Below, piece by piece: positions 18,645-28,398 of a stretch of 64,000 nt of DNA. The stretch is taken from NCBI GenBank assembly GCA_034414595.1, contig DAOULY010000004.1:21156-85155 (forward strand), written 5' to 3'. Every line of letters begins with the position of its first letter. Within the stretch, counting starts at the first letter, position 1. The position numbers were made by a program, and so were the translations under genes. The DNA comes from Dehalococcoidia bacterium. Its GTDB lineage: Bacteria > Chloroflexota > Dehalococcoidia > SZUA-161 > JAUWZY01. The notes below the pieces were generated by a model, which saw nothing but the letters and a program-made list of their open reading frames with translations, did not search any database and had not been told where the DNA came from.

Positions 18645-21600
18645 CTAATGTTTCATAAGCGCTTCAGCCTTGGCCTCTATCTGGACGTCGCGGTAGTGGA
18701 GCAGTCCGATAGCCTTGGCTGGACACTCCGCAGCGCATATTCCGCAACCCTGACAGTTCGCCATCTCGACCTCAGCTACTCCCTGGGCATTGATCTTGGG
18801 AACCTGATAGGGACAGATACGGCAGCAAGTAAGGCAGCCAACGCACTTATCTGGATCTATCTTCGATACTGCACCACCGACTTCCAGATGCTCCTTGGAC
18901 AGGATCGCCGTCGCCCGGGCGGCAGCCGCCATGGCCTGGGCTATGGTCTCATCGATAAACTTGGGATAGTGGGCCGTGCCACAGAGGAAAATGCCCTCGG
19001 AAGCAAAGTCCTCCGGCCGTAACTTGACGTGAGCCTCGAGGAAGAATCCTTCCTGGGTCAGAGGCACTTTGAAAGTCGGGCTCAACTCCTTGGCCGAGGG
19101 ATCGGGCAAAACAGCAGTTGCCAAGGCCAGGATGTCGGGCGATAGTTTCAGTTCCTCATTCAGGTTCGGCTCCAGCACTGTGATCTGGAGTCGGCCATCA
19201 ACCGTTTCCACGCGGGGCAACTTCTCATCCGTATAGCGAATAAAGATGACCCCTTTTTCCCGGGCCTCCGTATATAGCCTTTCCTTGAAGCCGTAGCTCC
19301 GCAGGTCCTTGTGTAGCACATAGACTTTGGCTGAAGGGCTAAGCTCTTTTGTCTTGATCGCGTTCTTAATGGACACCGTGCAGCATATGCGGCTGCAATA
19401 CTTGCTCTTTTCTTCCCAGGGGCCAACGCAGAGAATCATGGCCACTTCGCCTGCCTTGGCTACCTCATCCGGGCTTTTCTGGATCCGTTCCTCAAGGTCA
19501 CCCATAGTCATCACCCGTTCGTCTTGGCCTAGGAGATACTCATTGCCCCGATATTCCTGGCCACCAGTGGCCATGATGGTGACCCCGTGCTCGATGAGGC
19601 GCTGGGTTGGATCATCCAACGATGCTATGGTTGTTTTGAAGTTTCCCACGAAGCCGCCTGTCTTCAACACCCGCGCTCTGGTAATGACTTCTATATTGTG
19701 GTTCGCCTCTACTCTTTCGATGAGGGAATTCACATAGGCTCGAGGATCGCCGCCCTCTACGGTATTCCACATATGGAGCAGGCGGCCTCCCAACTCCTGC
19801 CCTTGTTCAAGGAGATATACCTGGAACCCCTGCTCTGCCAGTACCAGGGCTGCTGTCATCCCGGCCACACCTCCTCCCACCACCAGTGCCGCGTGACTCA
19901 GACCCAGATGTTCTTTGTGCAAGGGCTCAAGCAGGGCTGCCCTGCCAACGGCCATGGCCACCAGAGACTTTGCCTTCTTGGTCGCTCTCTCTGGATCATG
20001 GCTGTGAACCCAGCTGCACTGGTCTCGAATATTGGCCATCTCGAACAGGTAGGGATTCAGCCCGGCCTCACGAATGGTATCCTGGAATAGGGTCTCGTGA
20101 GTCCGAGGGGTGCAGCTCGATACCACAACCCGGTTGAGCCCAAACTCGGCAATCCTCTCCGTGATAGTCTTCAGCGCGTCGGCCGAGCATGTATACAACA
20201 GATGATCGGCACTTACAACATGGGGAAGCGTCTTGGCAAACTCGGCGACACTGTCTACATCCACCACCCCGGCGATGTTGGAGCCGCAGTGGCAGACAAA
20301 CACGCCTATGCGAGGTTCAGCGCCCTCCACATCGGTCTCCGGTGGATAGACCTTCTCCGAGAGCATCGTTCCGCGGGACTTGCCCACTAGGCTCAGCGCG
20401 CCCGCCGCAGCCCCGCTGCCCTCGGTAACGCTATCCGGGATATCCATCGGCTCATGGAAGGTACCAGCGACAAACACACCGGGGCGGCTGGTCTCAACCG
20501 GGGAAAAGGGGGTGGTGTAGCAGAAACCGCTTTCATTGATCTTGATGCCCAGGGACTGAGCTATCATGTCTGCACCCATTGGTGCCTCCATCCCCACGCT
20601 GAGCACCACCAAGTCAAATTCCTCTTCGAGCAGTTCCCCGTTCTCCTTCTGATACCGGAGCAGCAAATTGCGGTTCAGCGGCACTTCCCGCAACGAAGAG
20701 GGATGGCAGGGGATATACTTCACTCCTTGATTGATGGCCCGCTGGTAGAATGCGTCAAAGCCTTTGCCAAATGCCCGAATATCCATATAGAAAATGTTGC
20801 ACTCAACTCCAGGGGCATGATCTTGGGCTAACATAGCTTCTTTAGTAGCATACATGCAGCACACGGAGCTACAGTACTGGTGCTTCTGGTCTCTTGACCC
20901 TATGCACTGGAGAAAGGCAATGCGCTTCGGCTCCTCGTGGTCAGAGGGACGCTCCAAGTGTCCCCTAGTTGGGCCCGAGGCGCTGAGCATCCGCTCAAAC
21001 TGCATGCTGGTTACTACGTTGGCATAACGGCCAAACCCAAACTCCTCAGAAAGCCGGGTGTCGTAGAGCGAATAGCCAGGGCAAGCCAGCACAGCGCCAA
21101 CATTGAGCTCAATGAACTCATCTTTCATCAGGTGATTGGGCGCGTTGGCCTGGCATGCTGCTACGCATTGCAAACACTCGGAGCAGACAGCGCAGTTCAG
21201 GCACCGTTTGGCCTCCTCGATAGCAGACTGCTCGTCCAGGGTCAGTACTACTTCATCAAAACTCCTCTTTCTCTTCTCTGCATCCAGCACCTGCGGCCAA
21301 TTTCGAGGCTGTTTCACTACGGCATCCTTGGGCACGTCTTGGACCTTTTCCAGCTTGGCTGGCCGGTCACCTTTAAGATCGATCCGGCGTAGCCAGTGAT
21401 CGATGGAAATGGCAGCCTCCTTGCCGGCGGCAACGGCCTCGATAACGCTTGCCGGTCCGCTCACAGTATCACCGCCAGCAAAGACACCGAGGTAGCCAGT
21501 GTGCAGTGTTTCGGGATCCACCACGATAGTGCCTCGGCGGGAGAGATTCATCCCTTGGGCAGCGGACAAAAAGTCCAGGTTAGGCCGCTGTCCCACAGCA

Positions 21601-23075
21601 TAGATGACCGTGTCTGCCTCCAGAACGTGCTCCGAGCCCTCGATGGCATCCACATGCAGGCGCCCCTCATCATCGAAGAACATGCTCCGCAAGTTGAGGC
21701 ACTCCACGCCAGCCACGTGTCCGTCATCCTGCCCAATGATCCTAGTGAAGGTGCGTGAGGGATGAATAACTATGCCCTCGCCTTCCCCTTCCTCAATTTC
21801 GGAGGGGTCGGCAGGCATCTCTTCTCGAGATTCAACGCAAGCCATATGTACCTCAGATGCACCCAAGCGAAGGGCACTGCGGGCACAATCAAAGGCTACA
21901 TTGCCACCACCGAGGACAAGTACCCTTTGCCCGACCTCGACCTTCTTCCCCAAGTTGATATCCCGCAGGAAAGAAAGGCCAACCAAGGTTCCCTTGAGAT
22001 CGTTGTCCGGAATGTTCAACCTGCTGCCGTGTTGGGCACCGACAGCAATGAAGGCCGCCGCATAGCCCTGCCTGGAGAGATCATTCAGTGTCAGTCCATC
22101 GCCCACGGGGGTATTGGTCTTAATCTCTACCCCCAAGCCCTCAATGTAGTCGATTTCTCTCTTGAGGACCTCTTTGGGTAGGCGGTATTCAGGAATTCCC
22201 ACAGCCAGCATACCTCCGGCTACGGGCAGCGCCTCAAAAACGGTAACTCCGTAGCCCTGCTGCACCAAATCATAGGCACAGGCAAGACCAGCCGGCCCGG
22301 AACCGATGATGGCGACTTTCTCTTCCTTGGTCCTCTCGATAGGAGAGACCTCTTCCCGGCCTGCCCTAAGCTCGTAGTCAGCGGCGAAGCGCTTGAGTGC
22401 CATGATAGCCAGTGGCTCGTCTACCTTTCCACGTTCGCATTCTCGTTCGCAGGGGTGAACACATACCCGTCCGCACACAGAGGGGAAGGGCATAGTATTT
22501 CTGACCACTTCTAGCGCCTCTTTGAACTTACCCTGCGAGATGAGGGCAATGTAACCCTGGGCTTTCACACCCGCTGGGCAGGCATGGCGGCAGGGGGACC
22601 AGCCCCTCTTTTGGATGGCGAAGACTTTTGGTATAGCCTGTTGGAAGGGGATATAGATGGCCTTGCGCATGCCTAGGCCTTCGTCAAACTCGCTGGGGAC
22701 TCCCACCGGGCAAACCTGGGCGCATTCGCCACAGCCGGTACACTTCTCCGTATCTATGTAGTTGGCATGGCGCAGTATGGTGGCGGTGAAGTGTCCCGGC
22801 TCACCGGTGAGCTCGACTATCTCACTATTGGAGAGTATCTCAATATCCTTGTGGCGACCGCATTCTACTAGCTTGGGGGAGATTATGCACATGGCGCAGT
22901 CATTAGTGGGGAAGGTCTTGTCAAGTTGTGCCATCTTGCCGCCAATGGACGGGCTCCTCTCTACCAGGTAGACCTTGATGCCCGATTCTGCCAGGTCGAG
23001 GGATGCCTGCATCCCCGCAATGCCACCCCCCAGCACCATTACTGCCCCAATTGGGTTTGTTCCATCGTCGCGCAT
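18645..23075 (-). CDS. hdrA: giant HdrA-family fusion: HdrA-like module + GltD/NfnB-like NAD(P)H module + second complete HdrA module
   Basis: 1476 aa. GGGIAGMQA FAD site and KCTGCGECAQVCP. Then SPCRHACPAGV...CGRVCVHPCERECERGK with GSGPAGLACA and GGGNVAFD (GltD-like). Then AKRCLNCAVCSECLQC. The second module starts RIGVFVCHCGSNIAG with GGGVAGMTAA and ends in two CxxCxxCxxxCP motifs. Confidence 0.9.
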   Translation of the reverse strand: MRDDGTNPIGAVMVLGGGIAGMQASLDLAESGIKVYLVERSPSIGGKMAQLDKTFPTNDCAMCIISPKLVECGRHKDIEILSNSEIVELTGEPGHFTATILRHANYIDTEKCTGCGECAQVCPVGVPSEFDEGLGMRKAIYIPFQQAIPKVFAIQKRGWSPCRHACPAGVKAQGYIALISQGKFKEALEVVRNTMPFPSVCGRVCVHPCERECERGKVDEPLAIMALKRFAADYELRAGREEVSPIERTKEEKVAIIGSGPAGLACAYDLVQQGYGVTVFEALPVAGGMLAVGIPEYRLPKEVLKREIDYIEGLGVEIKTNTPVGDGLTLNDLSRQGYAAAFIAVGAQHGSRLNIPDNDLKGTLVGLSFLRDINLGKKVEVGQRVLVLGGGNVAFDCARSALRLGASEVHMACVESREEMPADPSEIEEGEGEGIVIHPSRTFTRIIGQDDGHVAGVECLNLRSMFFDDEGRLHVDAIEGSEHVLEADTVIYAVGQRPNLDFLSAAQGMNLSRRGTIVVDPETLHTGYLGVFAGGDTVSGPASVIEAVAAGKEAAISIDHWLRRIDLKGDRPAKLEKVQDVPKDAVVKQPRNWPQVLDAEKRKRSFDEVVLTLDEQSAIEEAKRCLNCAVCSECLQCVAACQANAPNHLMKDEFIELNVGAVLACPGYSLYDTRLSEEFGFGRYANVVTSMQFERMLSASGPTRGHLERPSDHEEPKRIAFLQCIGSRDQKHQYCSSVCCMYATKEAMLAQDHAPGVECNIFYMDIRAFGKGFDAFYQRAINQGVKYIPCHPSSLREVPLNRNLLLRYQKENGELLEEEFDLVVLSVGMEAPMGADMIAQSLGIKINESGFCYTTPFSPVETSRPGVFVAGTFHEPMDIPDSVTEGSGAAAGALSLVGKSRGTMLSEKVYPPETDVEGAEPRIGVFVCHCGSNIAGVVDVDSVAEFAKTLPHVVSADHLLYTCSADALKTITERIAEFGLNRVVVSSCTPRTHETLFQDTIREAGLNPYLFEMANIRDQCSWVHSHDPERATKKAKSLVAMAVGRAALLEPLHKEHLGLSHAALVVGGGVAGMTAALVLAEQGFQVYLLEQGQELGGRLLHMWNTVEGGDPRAYVNSLIERVEANHNIEVITRARVLKTGGFVGNFKTTIASLDDPTQRLIEHGVTIMATGGQEYRGNEYLLGQDERVMTMGDLEERIQKSPDEVAKAGEVAMILCVGPWEEKSKYCSRICCTVSIKNAIKTKELSPSAKVYVLHKDLRSYGFKERLYTEAREKGVIFIRYTDEKLPRVETVDGRLQITVLEPNLNEELKLSPDILALATAVLPDPSAKELSPTFKVPLTQEGFFLEAHVKLRPEDFASEGIFLCGTAHYPKFIDETIAQAMAAAARATAILSKEHLEVGGAVSKIDPDKCVGCLTCCRICPYQVPKINAQGVAEVEMANCQGCGICAAECPAKAIGLLHYRDVQIEAKAEALMKH

Positions 23076-24358
23076 AGAGCGCCCCTTTCAATCTACATTA
23101 CTGGCAAGCGCAGAGAGGGTTTCCATAGATGTTTGGTAGACGCCGTCCCAGTATAGTACAACTCGTCATTTTTGTCTAGTTTCTGTACAGTTTTAGTGGG
23201 ATGCCCCTGTTTTTAATACTACCTATAATTGGAGAGTTCTTGCCTTTTCCTCTGCTCGGTTGGCCTTCTCTACTTGGTTCTTCTCTTAGTATTGCTTGGC
23301 ATACTTAGTGTGAGGCCGCCAACTACTGTAATCTTGCCTCCAGGCTCGCCGAGGAACGCGACGACCCTATCATGTGAATCTTCAGCAAATCAAAGAGGGG
23401 GAGCTGGGGTATCAATAGGTAGAACTTTTGAGGTGGCCTTTGCTCTCACCATTTGACCCGTCAGCTACCATATGTCAATTCTAACATCAAAAACTAGGCT
23501 CTGCAAAGGGTAAGGAGCAGTTTCTCTGGCAACATTGCGATGTTGTGTTCAAGCCAACATTTTGGGACCACTAGGGAAGACGATTTATCCAATATCTCTT
23601 GGATAAATCGCCATGAAGGGGAAATCTCTCTGATTAGAAGCCAGTTGCTTACTCATATAGAGTTGGCCGAACGAGTCGAGTATGGGGAAAACAGTCTGAT
23701 TATGAAAATGAGCACAGTGGGTGGCGAAGGAAGCATAGTGGCACTTTGTGGTGGCTATTCACTCAGCTGCTTTCATATTCCCAACCTCCAGTTGAACATC
23801 AAGCCCTTCAGGAATATGGGTGGCTTGGTTGGGAAGCGCTTAACTGATCCGTGTTCAATAGGTGGAACCAGGATATAGAGCCCCTTCAATCCAGGGATCA
23901 ATGCTGGATGGTGGGGCAACATTCCACTCAATCGATTCCTTCGGCAGTGTTACATCAGGCAGTACCAGCCGCTCGCCAGAAGATATACCTGGTGGGTTTT
24001 CAAATTTCACATTCACATGTCCTGGAGCGAATACATACAAATCACCAAAGCTCGAACCAGTATCATCCTGTAAAAGCCAGACCTGACCACTGCTCACCTG
24101 AGCATAGTCAATATACTTCTTAGTCACCCCAGAGAATATGTGTCCCATATCACACATGCCTGAAGTAGAGGATTTTCTGCTGGAGAAGCCCTACGCTCAA
24201 TGGACGCAGGAGAAGTGCAATTTATGCTGTTCGGGGTCAGTGAAGAATCTGAGTTTTCGGTCGCTCCGCTACAATTTCTTTCGTCGTCGGAATTTCGTTG
24301 AACTAAAGGGGAACCTCAGCGACCACTGTTGTTCCCTTGCCTAGCGCAGACTGCACAG

Positions 24359-24568
24359 TCAGGGTGTCGTTGACCAACCTGCCCCGCTCGTGCATTCAGC
24401 AGTCCTCTTCTGTTTCACGCTATTGTTGTGCTGCCTCACCGCAACTATGTGTGTTTCTAGTTCGCACAGGTGGCCGCACTGAAGACATTGCTCGTACCAG
24501 CCATTCTGGTCTTTGTCGACCACCACATCACCTTTGCATCTTGGGCAGCTTTTGAATCTTATTATCAT
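24359..24568 (-). CDS. small zinc-ribbon protein
   Basis: 69-aa ORF with CPRC...CLQC, immediately downstream of otsA. Confidence 0.4.
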   Translation of the reverse strand: MIIRFKSCPRCKGDVVVDKDQNGWYEQCLQCGHLCELETHIVAVRQHNNSVKQKRTAECTSGAGWSTTP

Positions 24569-24610
24569 CTCGGTCGCACTCCTCTGCCAATCTGTTTTAT
24601 CCTCTGGCCT

Positions 24611-26152
24611 CTATCTGATTGCTATCGGCAACCGCTCAGCCACAGTATGCAAGTCTTTCAACTGTCTCCAAAACCAGTGGGTGATGTCTTCCTCTTTGAT
24701 CTTCTTTCTAAGCTTCTCGGCTCTGCTTCTTTTTTCTTCCATTGGCATGTCTAAAGCCTGACACAGTGCCTCAACCGTTCCTTCAACGTTAGTAGGGTCG
24801 ATGGAAATCGCGCCATCTCTAAGCTGTTCGGCTGCTCCTGCTTCTTCTGACAGGACGAGTACCCCATTCTTAGTATTCACGATTGGCCCTTCTTTGGCCA
24901 CCAAGTTCATGCCGTCGGCCACTGGATTTACTAGCAGGACATCGTACAAACGCATTCCCGCTATGGCCTGAGGATAGTTGTGCTCATAGAACAAGTTTAT
25001 CGGGTTCCAGCCATCCCTCCCATACTTGGTATTTATCTCGTTGACCAGCGCAAACACTTCATGAGTATATTCTTGATATTGCTTTAAGTTAGTGCGTGAA
25101 GGAACCATAAAAGCCAGCAAACTCACTTGGCCCAAAAGATGAGGATTGCGTGCCAGAAGCATGTCGTAGGCTTCGAAGCCCAGGAGAATGTTCTTGGTGG
25201 GTTCAACTCGATCTACACGTACTATGGTTTTTCTCCCGAGGAAGGGTCGAATCTTTTGCTCGTAGCCTATTACCTCCTCTGAGTTAGCGAGCCTCTGTAG
25301 TTCGGCGACATCTACGGATATGGGGTAGGCATTGACCTTAGTCTGATGTCCATTGAAGTGAATGGTACGCTCTTGATGATCTACCCGCGCTTCCTCCAGA
25401 GCGAACTCACATGTATACAGGAAATTGTCTACGTCTCGCGTGGTCTGTAGACCCACAATGTCGCAGGAACACAGGCTTTGGCATATGCTCCTAGACACGG
25501 ATATAGGAAGGATCATCCACTGTTGGCATGCTGGCCAGGGGATATGGATGAAGTGATGGATGAGTGCATGTGGTAGCCGAGCCCTGATAAGTCCTGGTGT
25601 TAGATAAAGATGGTAGTCGTGGACCATGACATAGGGTGAATCCTCACCGTCGGCCTCAGCTACCACAGCCTCAGCAAAGGCTTGATTGGCTGGAACGTAC
25701 CCATTCTCCCAGGCATCCCATACCTGCTGGTCTATGCTGGTGTTACATGAGTGATTCAACATTTTGTGCTGGAAGAACCAGAGGAATGTGTTGGAGAAGA
25801 CGCTATAGTACTTATCATACGTGCCCTTGGGAACAAGAACGAAGCGGAGGTAGGACCTGTGGCCATCAAGGGAGGTAATCAGCGTTCCATTGCGGGAAAC
25901 CTCGGCGGCATACCGATCTCCTTCGCCCATGGCACAAGCAACCCATGTGAAATCCATATATCTGCTCAGGGCACTTAGAGCTATGGCAACACCACCGCCA
26001 GCTTTCGTCGCCTGCAGTCTCCCATCTTCAGATACATGGTATTCGATGGGACCTCGATTGCTAGCAACGATAAGGCGTCTGGAGTTACCTATCTCGTCAA
26101 ATAGTCCTGCCAGGCAAGCACCGTTGCTGCCATTCAATGCGAAAAAAGACAT
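24611..26152 (-). CDS. otsA: alpha,alpha-trehalose-phosphate synthase (GT20)
   Basis: 513 aa. LIVASNRGP, FLWFFQH, VHDYHL, LVNPVADGMNLVAKE are GT20/OtsA signatures. A related glucosylglycerol-phosphate synthase cannot be excluded. Confidence 0.85.
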   Translation of the reverse strand: MSFFALNGSNGACLAGLFDEIGNSRRLIVASNRGPIEYHVSEDGRLQATKAGGGVAIALSALSRYMDFTWVACAMGEGDRYAAEVSRNGTLITSLDGHRSYLRFVLVPKGTYDKYYSVFSNTFLWFFQHKMLNHSCNTSIDQQVWDAWENGYVPANQAFAEAVVAEADGEDSPYVMVHDYHLYLTPGLIRARLPHALIHHFIHIPWPACQQWMILPISVSRSICQSLCSCDIVGLQTTRDVDNFLYTCEFALEEARVDHQERTIHFNGHQTKVNAYPISVDVAELQRLANSEEVIGYEQKIRPFLGRKTIVRVDRVEPTKNILLGFEAYDMLLARNPHLLGQVSLLAFMVPSRTNLKQYQEYTHEVFALVNEINTKYGRDGWNPINLFYEHNYPQAIAGMRLYDVLLVNPVADGMNLVAKEGPIVNTKNGVLVLSEEAGAAEQLRDGAISIDPTNVEGTVEALCQALDMPMEEKRSRAEKLRKKIKEEDITHWFWRQLKDLHTVAERLPIAIR

Positions 26153-26311
26153 TTCTATCCTCCCAGCCAGATATTCAATTCATCCACCACAGCAACAACC
26201 AAAACCGAGACCAGTCCGGGGGAAACCGTTCTCTTTCTTGGCCTGGATAGCTTTGCTCGCCGGACGTGATTCTTCATCTCATCTCCAGTACTTTATGTTG
26301 CTTCTTGTTCC

Positions 26312-26551
26312 TCATTGCCCGGCTTGTATGGCAAAGCAGGTGGTGACCTGCTTGATACCTTCGATAGCGCGAATGTCTATCAGGTCTGTTTGGGCGATCG
26401 ACTTAGCATCGGGCCTCTCCAGGATGGCGACCAAGCTATAAGGGCCAGTTACCGCCTCCACAGCCACAACTCCGGGTGTATTATGCAAGGAGGCCACAAC
26501 CTGCTGCTTGTGAAGATCGTCCGTTTCAATCAAAAAGTACGCCCTTCTCAT
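26312..26551 (-). CDS. stand-alone Lrp/AsnC-type ligand-binding (RAM) domain protein
   Basis: 79 aa. RAYFLIETD...VVASLHNTPGVVAVEAVTGPYSLVAILE has the beta-alpha-beta-beta-alpha-beta pattern of AsnC_trans_reg domains. No HTH. Confidence 0.6.
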   Translation of the reverse strand: MRRAYFLIETDDLHKQQVVASLHNTPGVVAVEAVTGPYSLVAILERPDAKSIAQTDLIDIRAIEGIKQVTTCFAIQAGQ

Positions 26552-26633
26552 CCTGTCCTTACCTCGTTGGATGCCTTGGTCTTGGCACTCTTGTTAAGTA
26601 CCACAGCAGCAAGGGCAAGACCGCTGGCCACTC

Positions 26634-26864
26634 TTACATGTGCTTGAGCATCAGATCGAGCGTTCGCTGCCAGTTCTGCCGCTGGCGGATGCGCTCGAGC
26701 ATCAGATCAATTATCTGCTCCACGGCTCTCTTATCCCGGAACTTATTGCGGCACGCCGTGGAGCAAAAATAGGCGATCTGAGACGAGGAGGAAAAGTCTA
26801 TCAGTACTGTGTCCGCTGGCTTTAACTCTCTCTCGCAAATATGGCACAAACTAACGTCACTCAC
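26634..26864 (-). CDS. small TRASH-like zinc-finger protein
   Basis: 76 aa. CHIC-x23-CSTAC is close to the TRASH C-x2-C-x19-22-C-x3-C pattern. Overlaps the stop of the CBS gene by 4 nt. Confidence 0.45.
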   Translation of the reverse strand: MSDVSLCHICERELKPADTVLIDFSSSSQIAYFCSTACRNKFRDKRAVEQIIDLMLERIRQRQNWQRTLDLMLKHM

Positions 26865-27289
26865 AATGCCCTTACCTCCTTCAGCTTGGCCGTCTTTGTG
26901 AGAACCATGGCGGCCAAGGTAAGATTCTCACAGATCAAGTTCTCCAGGGTGAGAAGACCGAGGAGCCTTCGGCTCTGAACCACGGGCAATACTCTGATGC
27001 CGTGATCCGCCATCACCTTGGCTGCTTGTATTATGTCCTTGCCTGGCGAGATCGCGGGGCAGTAGCTGTTCATCACCGATCTGGCTGGTTCTGAAACCGG
27101 ATCAATGGCCGCAGCCACAATGCCGGTGACGATCTCTCTTTCAGTGATTAGCCCGCAAAACTTCCCGTTGTCACAGACTGGGATGAACCCGGTTCCGGAG
27201 ATCTTCATTTGGTGGGCCACTTCGATGACTGGTGTAGAAGGAGGGACAGAAACGAACTCGGCAGTCATGCAATCTCTGACTTTCAACAT
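26861..27289 (-). CDS. CBS-pair domain protein
   Basis: MLKVRDCMTAEFVSV...GIRVLPVV... gives two CBS motifs. Start set at the ATG at 27289, which has an upstream GGAG. The track ORF extends to 27346 without an RBS. Confidence 0.8.
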   Translation of the reverse strand: MLKVRDCMTAEFVSVPPSTPVIEVAHQMKISGTGFIPVCDNGKFCGLITEREIVTGIVAAAIDPVSEPARSVMNSYCPAISPGKDIIQAAKVMADHGIRVLPVVQSRRLLGLLTLENLICENLTLAAMVLTKTAKLKEVRAL

Positions 27290-27711
27290 ACGTTTTTTCT
27301 CCACTATTTGGGAAAAGGCCGTGCCCAAATTACAACCATATCTCACTTATATCTCACTTATGATTCAGCGTTGAGATGGCTGTTGCTCTAATCTCAGCGC
27401 TTAGTGATAGAACGCAATGGATAGAAATGTACCCAGGCTCTTGAGTAAACTCCCGCTCAGCACACTTAAGTGCTTCACTGTTCGCCATCTACTCCTCATC
27501 TTCCTGGGCACGCACTCATCCTAACCCTCAGGGGCTGGAATTCCATCCGCCATAGCACATATTTTTATCCCGAATAAAATACCTAAATTTGGCTGTGCCA
27601 TTTCGGTCAGAGCACTAAGCAATCCTCGTACGCAGGTTTGTCGCCGATCGGTAAGCATACCCTTTGACAATCCTTTTAGGTTATGGTTAAACTCATTTTT
27701 GGCAGGACACC

Positions 27712-28371
27712 GTGGAAAAGATCAGGGTTCTGGTTGCTGATGACCACCCGGCATTTCGTGAGGGCTTATGCCGCCTCTTGGAGGATGAGGAGGACTTCGA
27801 GATAGTGGCTATGTCAGCGGATGGTGAGGAAGCCATCCGGATGGCAAAGGAGTTCGTGCCGGACGTGGCCATAATCGATGTTGCCATGCCAGTGGTCAAC
27901 GGCATTGAGGCCACTAGGCAGATCAGGGCAGCGTGCCCGGCCACTTCAATCCTCATGGTCAGTGCCTATGGCTATGAGTCATATATGCTTGCCGCTCTGC
28001 GGGAGGGTGCAGCTGGATATGTGTTGAAAGATGCTCCTCTCCGCGAGCTGGTCAATGCTGTTCGCTCGGTGCATGTCGGAGAGGCTGCGTTTGACCTAAA
28101 GACCCTCAGAAAAATCCTGCGGCGCTTGGCAGATGAGAAAGGCGAGGAGAGGACAGGTCTTGAGGTATTGCATAGCCGTGAGCTTGAGGTGCTCAAGCTC
28201 GCAGCCAGGGCTATGAGCAACAAAGAAATTGCAGCGGAACTCGTTATCAGCGAACGCACCGTTCAGACACATATGTTCAATATCTTCAGAAAGCTGGGTG
28301 TGGGTTCCCGTATGGAGGCCGTGCTCCGAGCCATAAAGGAAGGCTGGCTCGGCCACGATGATCTGCCTTGA
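27712..28371 (+). CDS. NarL/LuxR-family response regulator
   Basis: Receiver (RVLVADDH...IIDVAMP...SAY) plus a C-terminal LuxR HTH (LHSRELEVLKLAARAMSNKEIAAELVISERTVQTH). Confidence 0.9.
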   Translation: MEKIRVLVADDHPAFREGLCRLLEDEEDFEIVAMSADGEEAIRMAKEFVPDVAIIDVAMPVVNGIEATRQIRAACPATSILMVSAYGYESYMLAALREGAAGYVLKDAPLRELVNAVRSVHVGEAAFDLKTLRKILRRLADEKGEERTGLEVLHSRELEVLKLAARAMSNKEIAAELVISERTVQTHMFNIFRKLGVGSRMEAVLRAIKEGWLGHDDLP

Positions 28372-28398
28372 TAGCTGCATTTCCAGTGCAGGCGAGTT

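Noticed and set aside
18648-23156. More than 15 plus-strand ORFs of 60-170 aa inside the giant hdrA gene (for example 19327-19737, 19587-20090, 20937-21392, 21762-22181).
   Set aside because: They are antisense shadows of a GC-rich gene with unmistakable HdrA/GltD motifs. Their products are Arg/Pro/Ser/Gly-rich with no motifs or RBS. The same reasoning applies to antisense ORFs inside 15021-18541, 24611-26152, 28399-31893, 33917-37208, 39176-41104, 44193-52721 and 56119-63974.
23229-24157. ORFs 23229-23456 (+), 23540-23878 (+), 23851-24123 (+) and 23855-24157 (-) in the gap between hdrA and otsA.
   Set aside because: They overlap one another and have no RBS or recognisable motifs. The minus-strand 100-aa ORF might be a gene fragment, but I cannot support any call. 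The region probably holds the hdrA-operon promoter.
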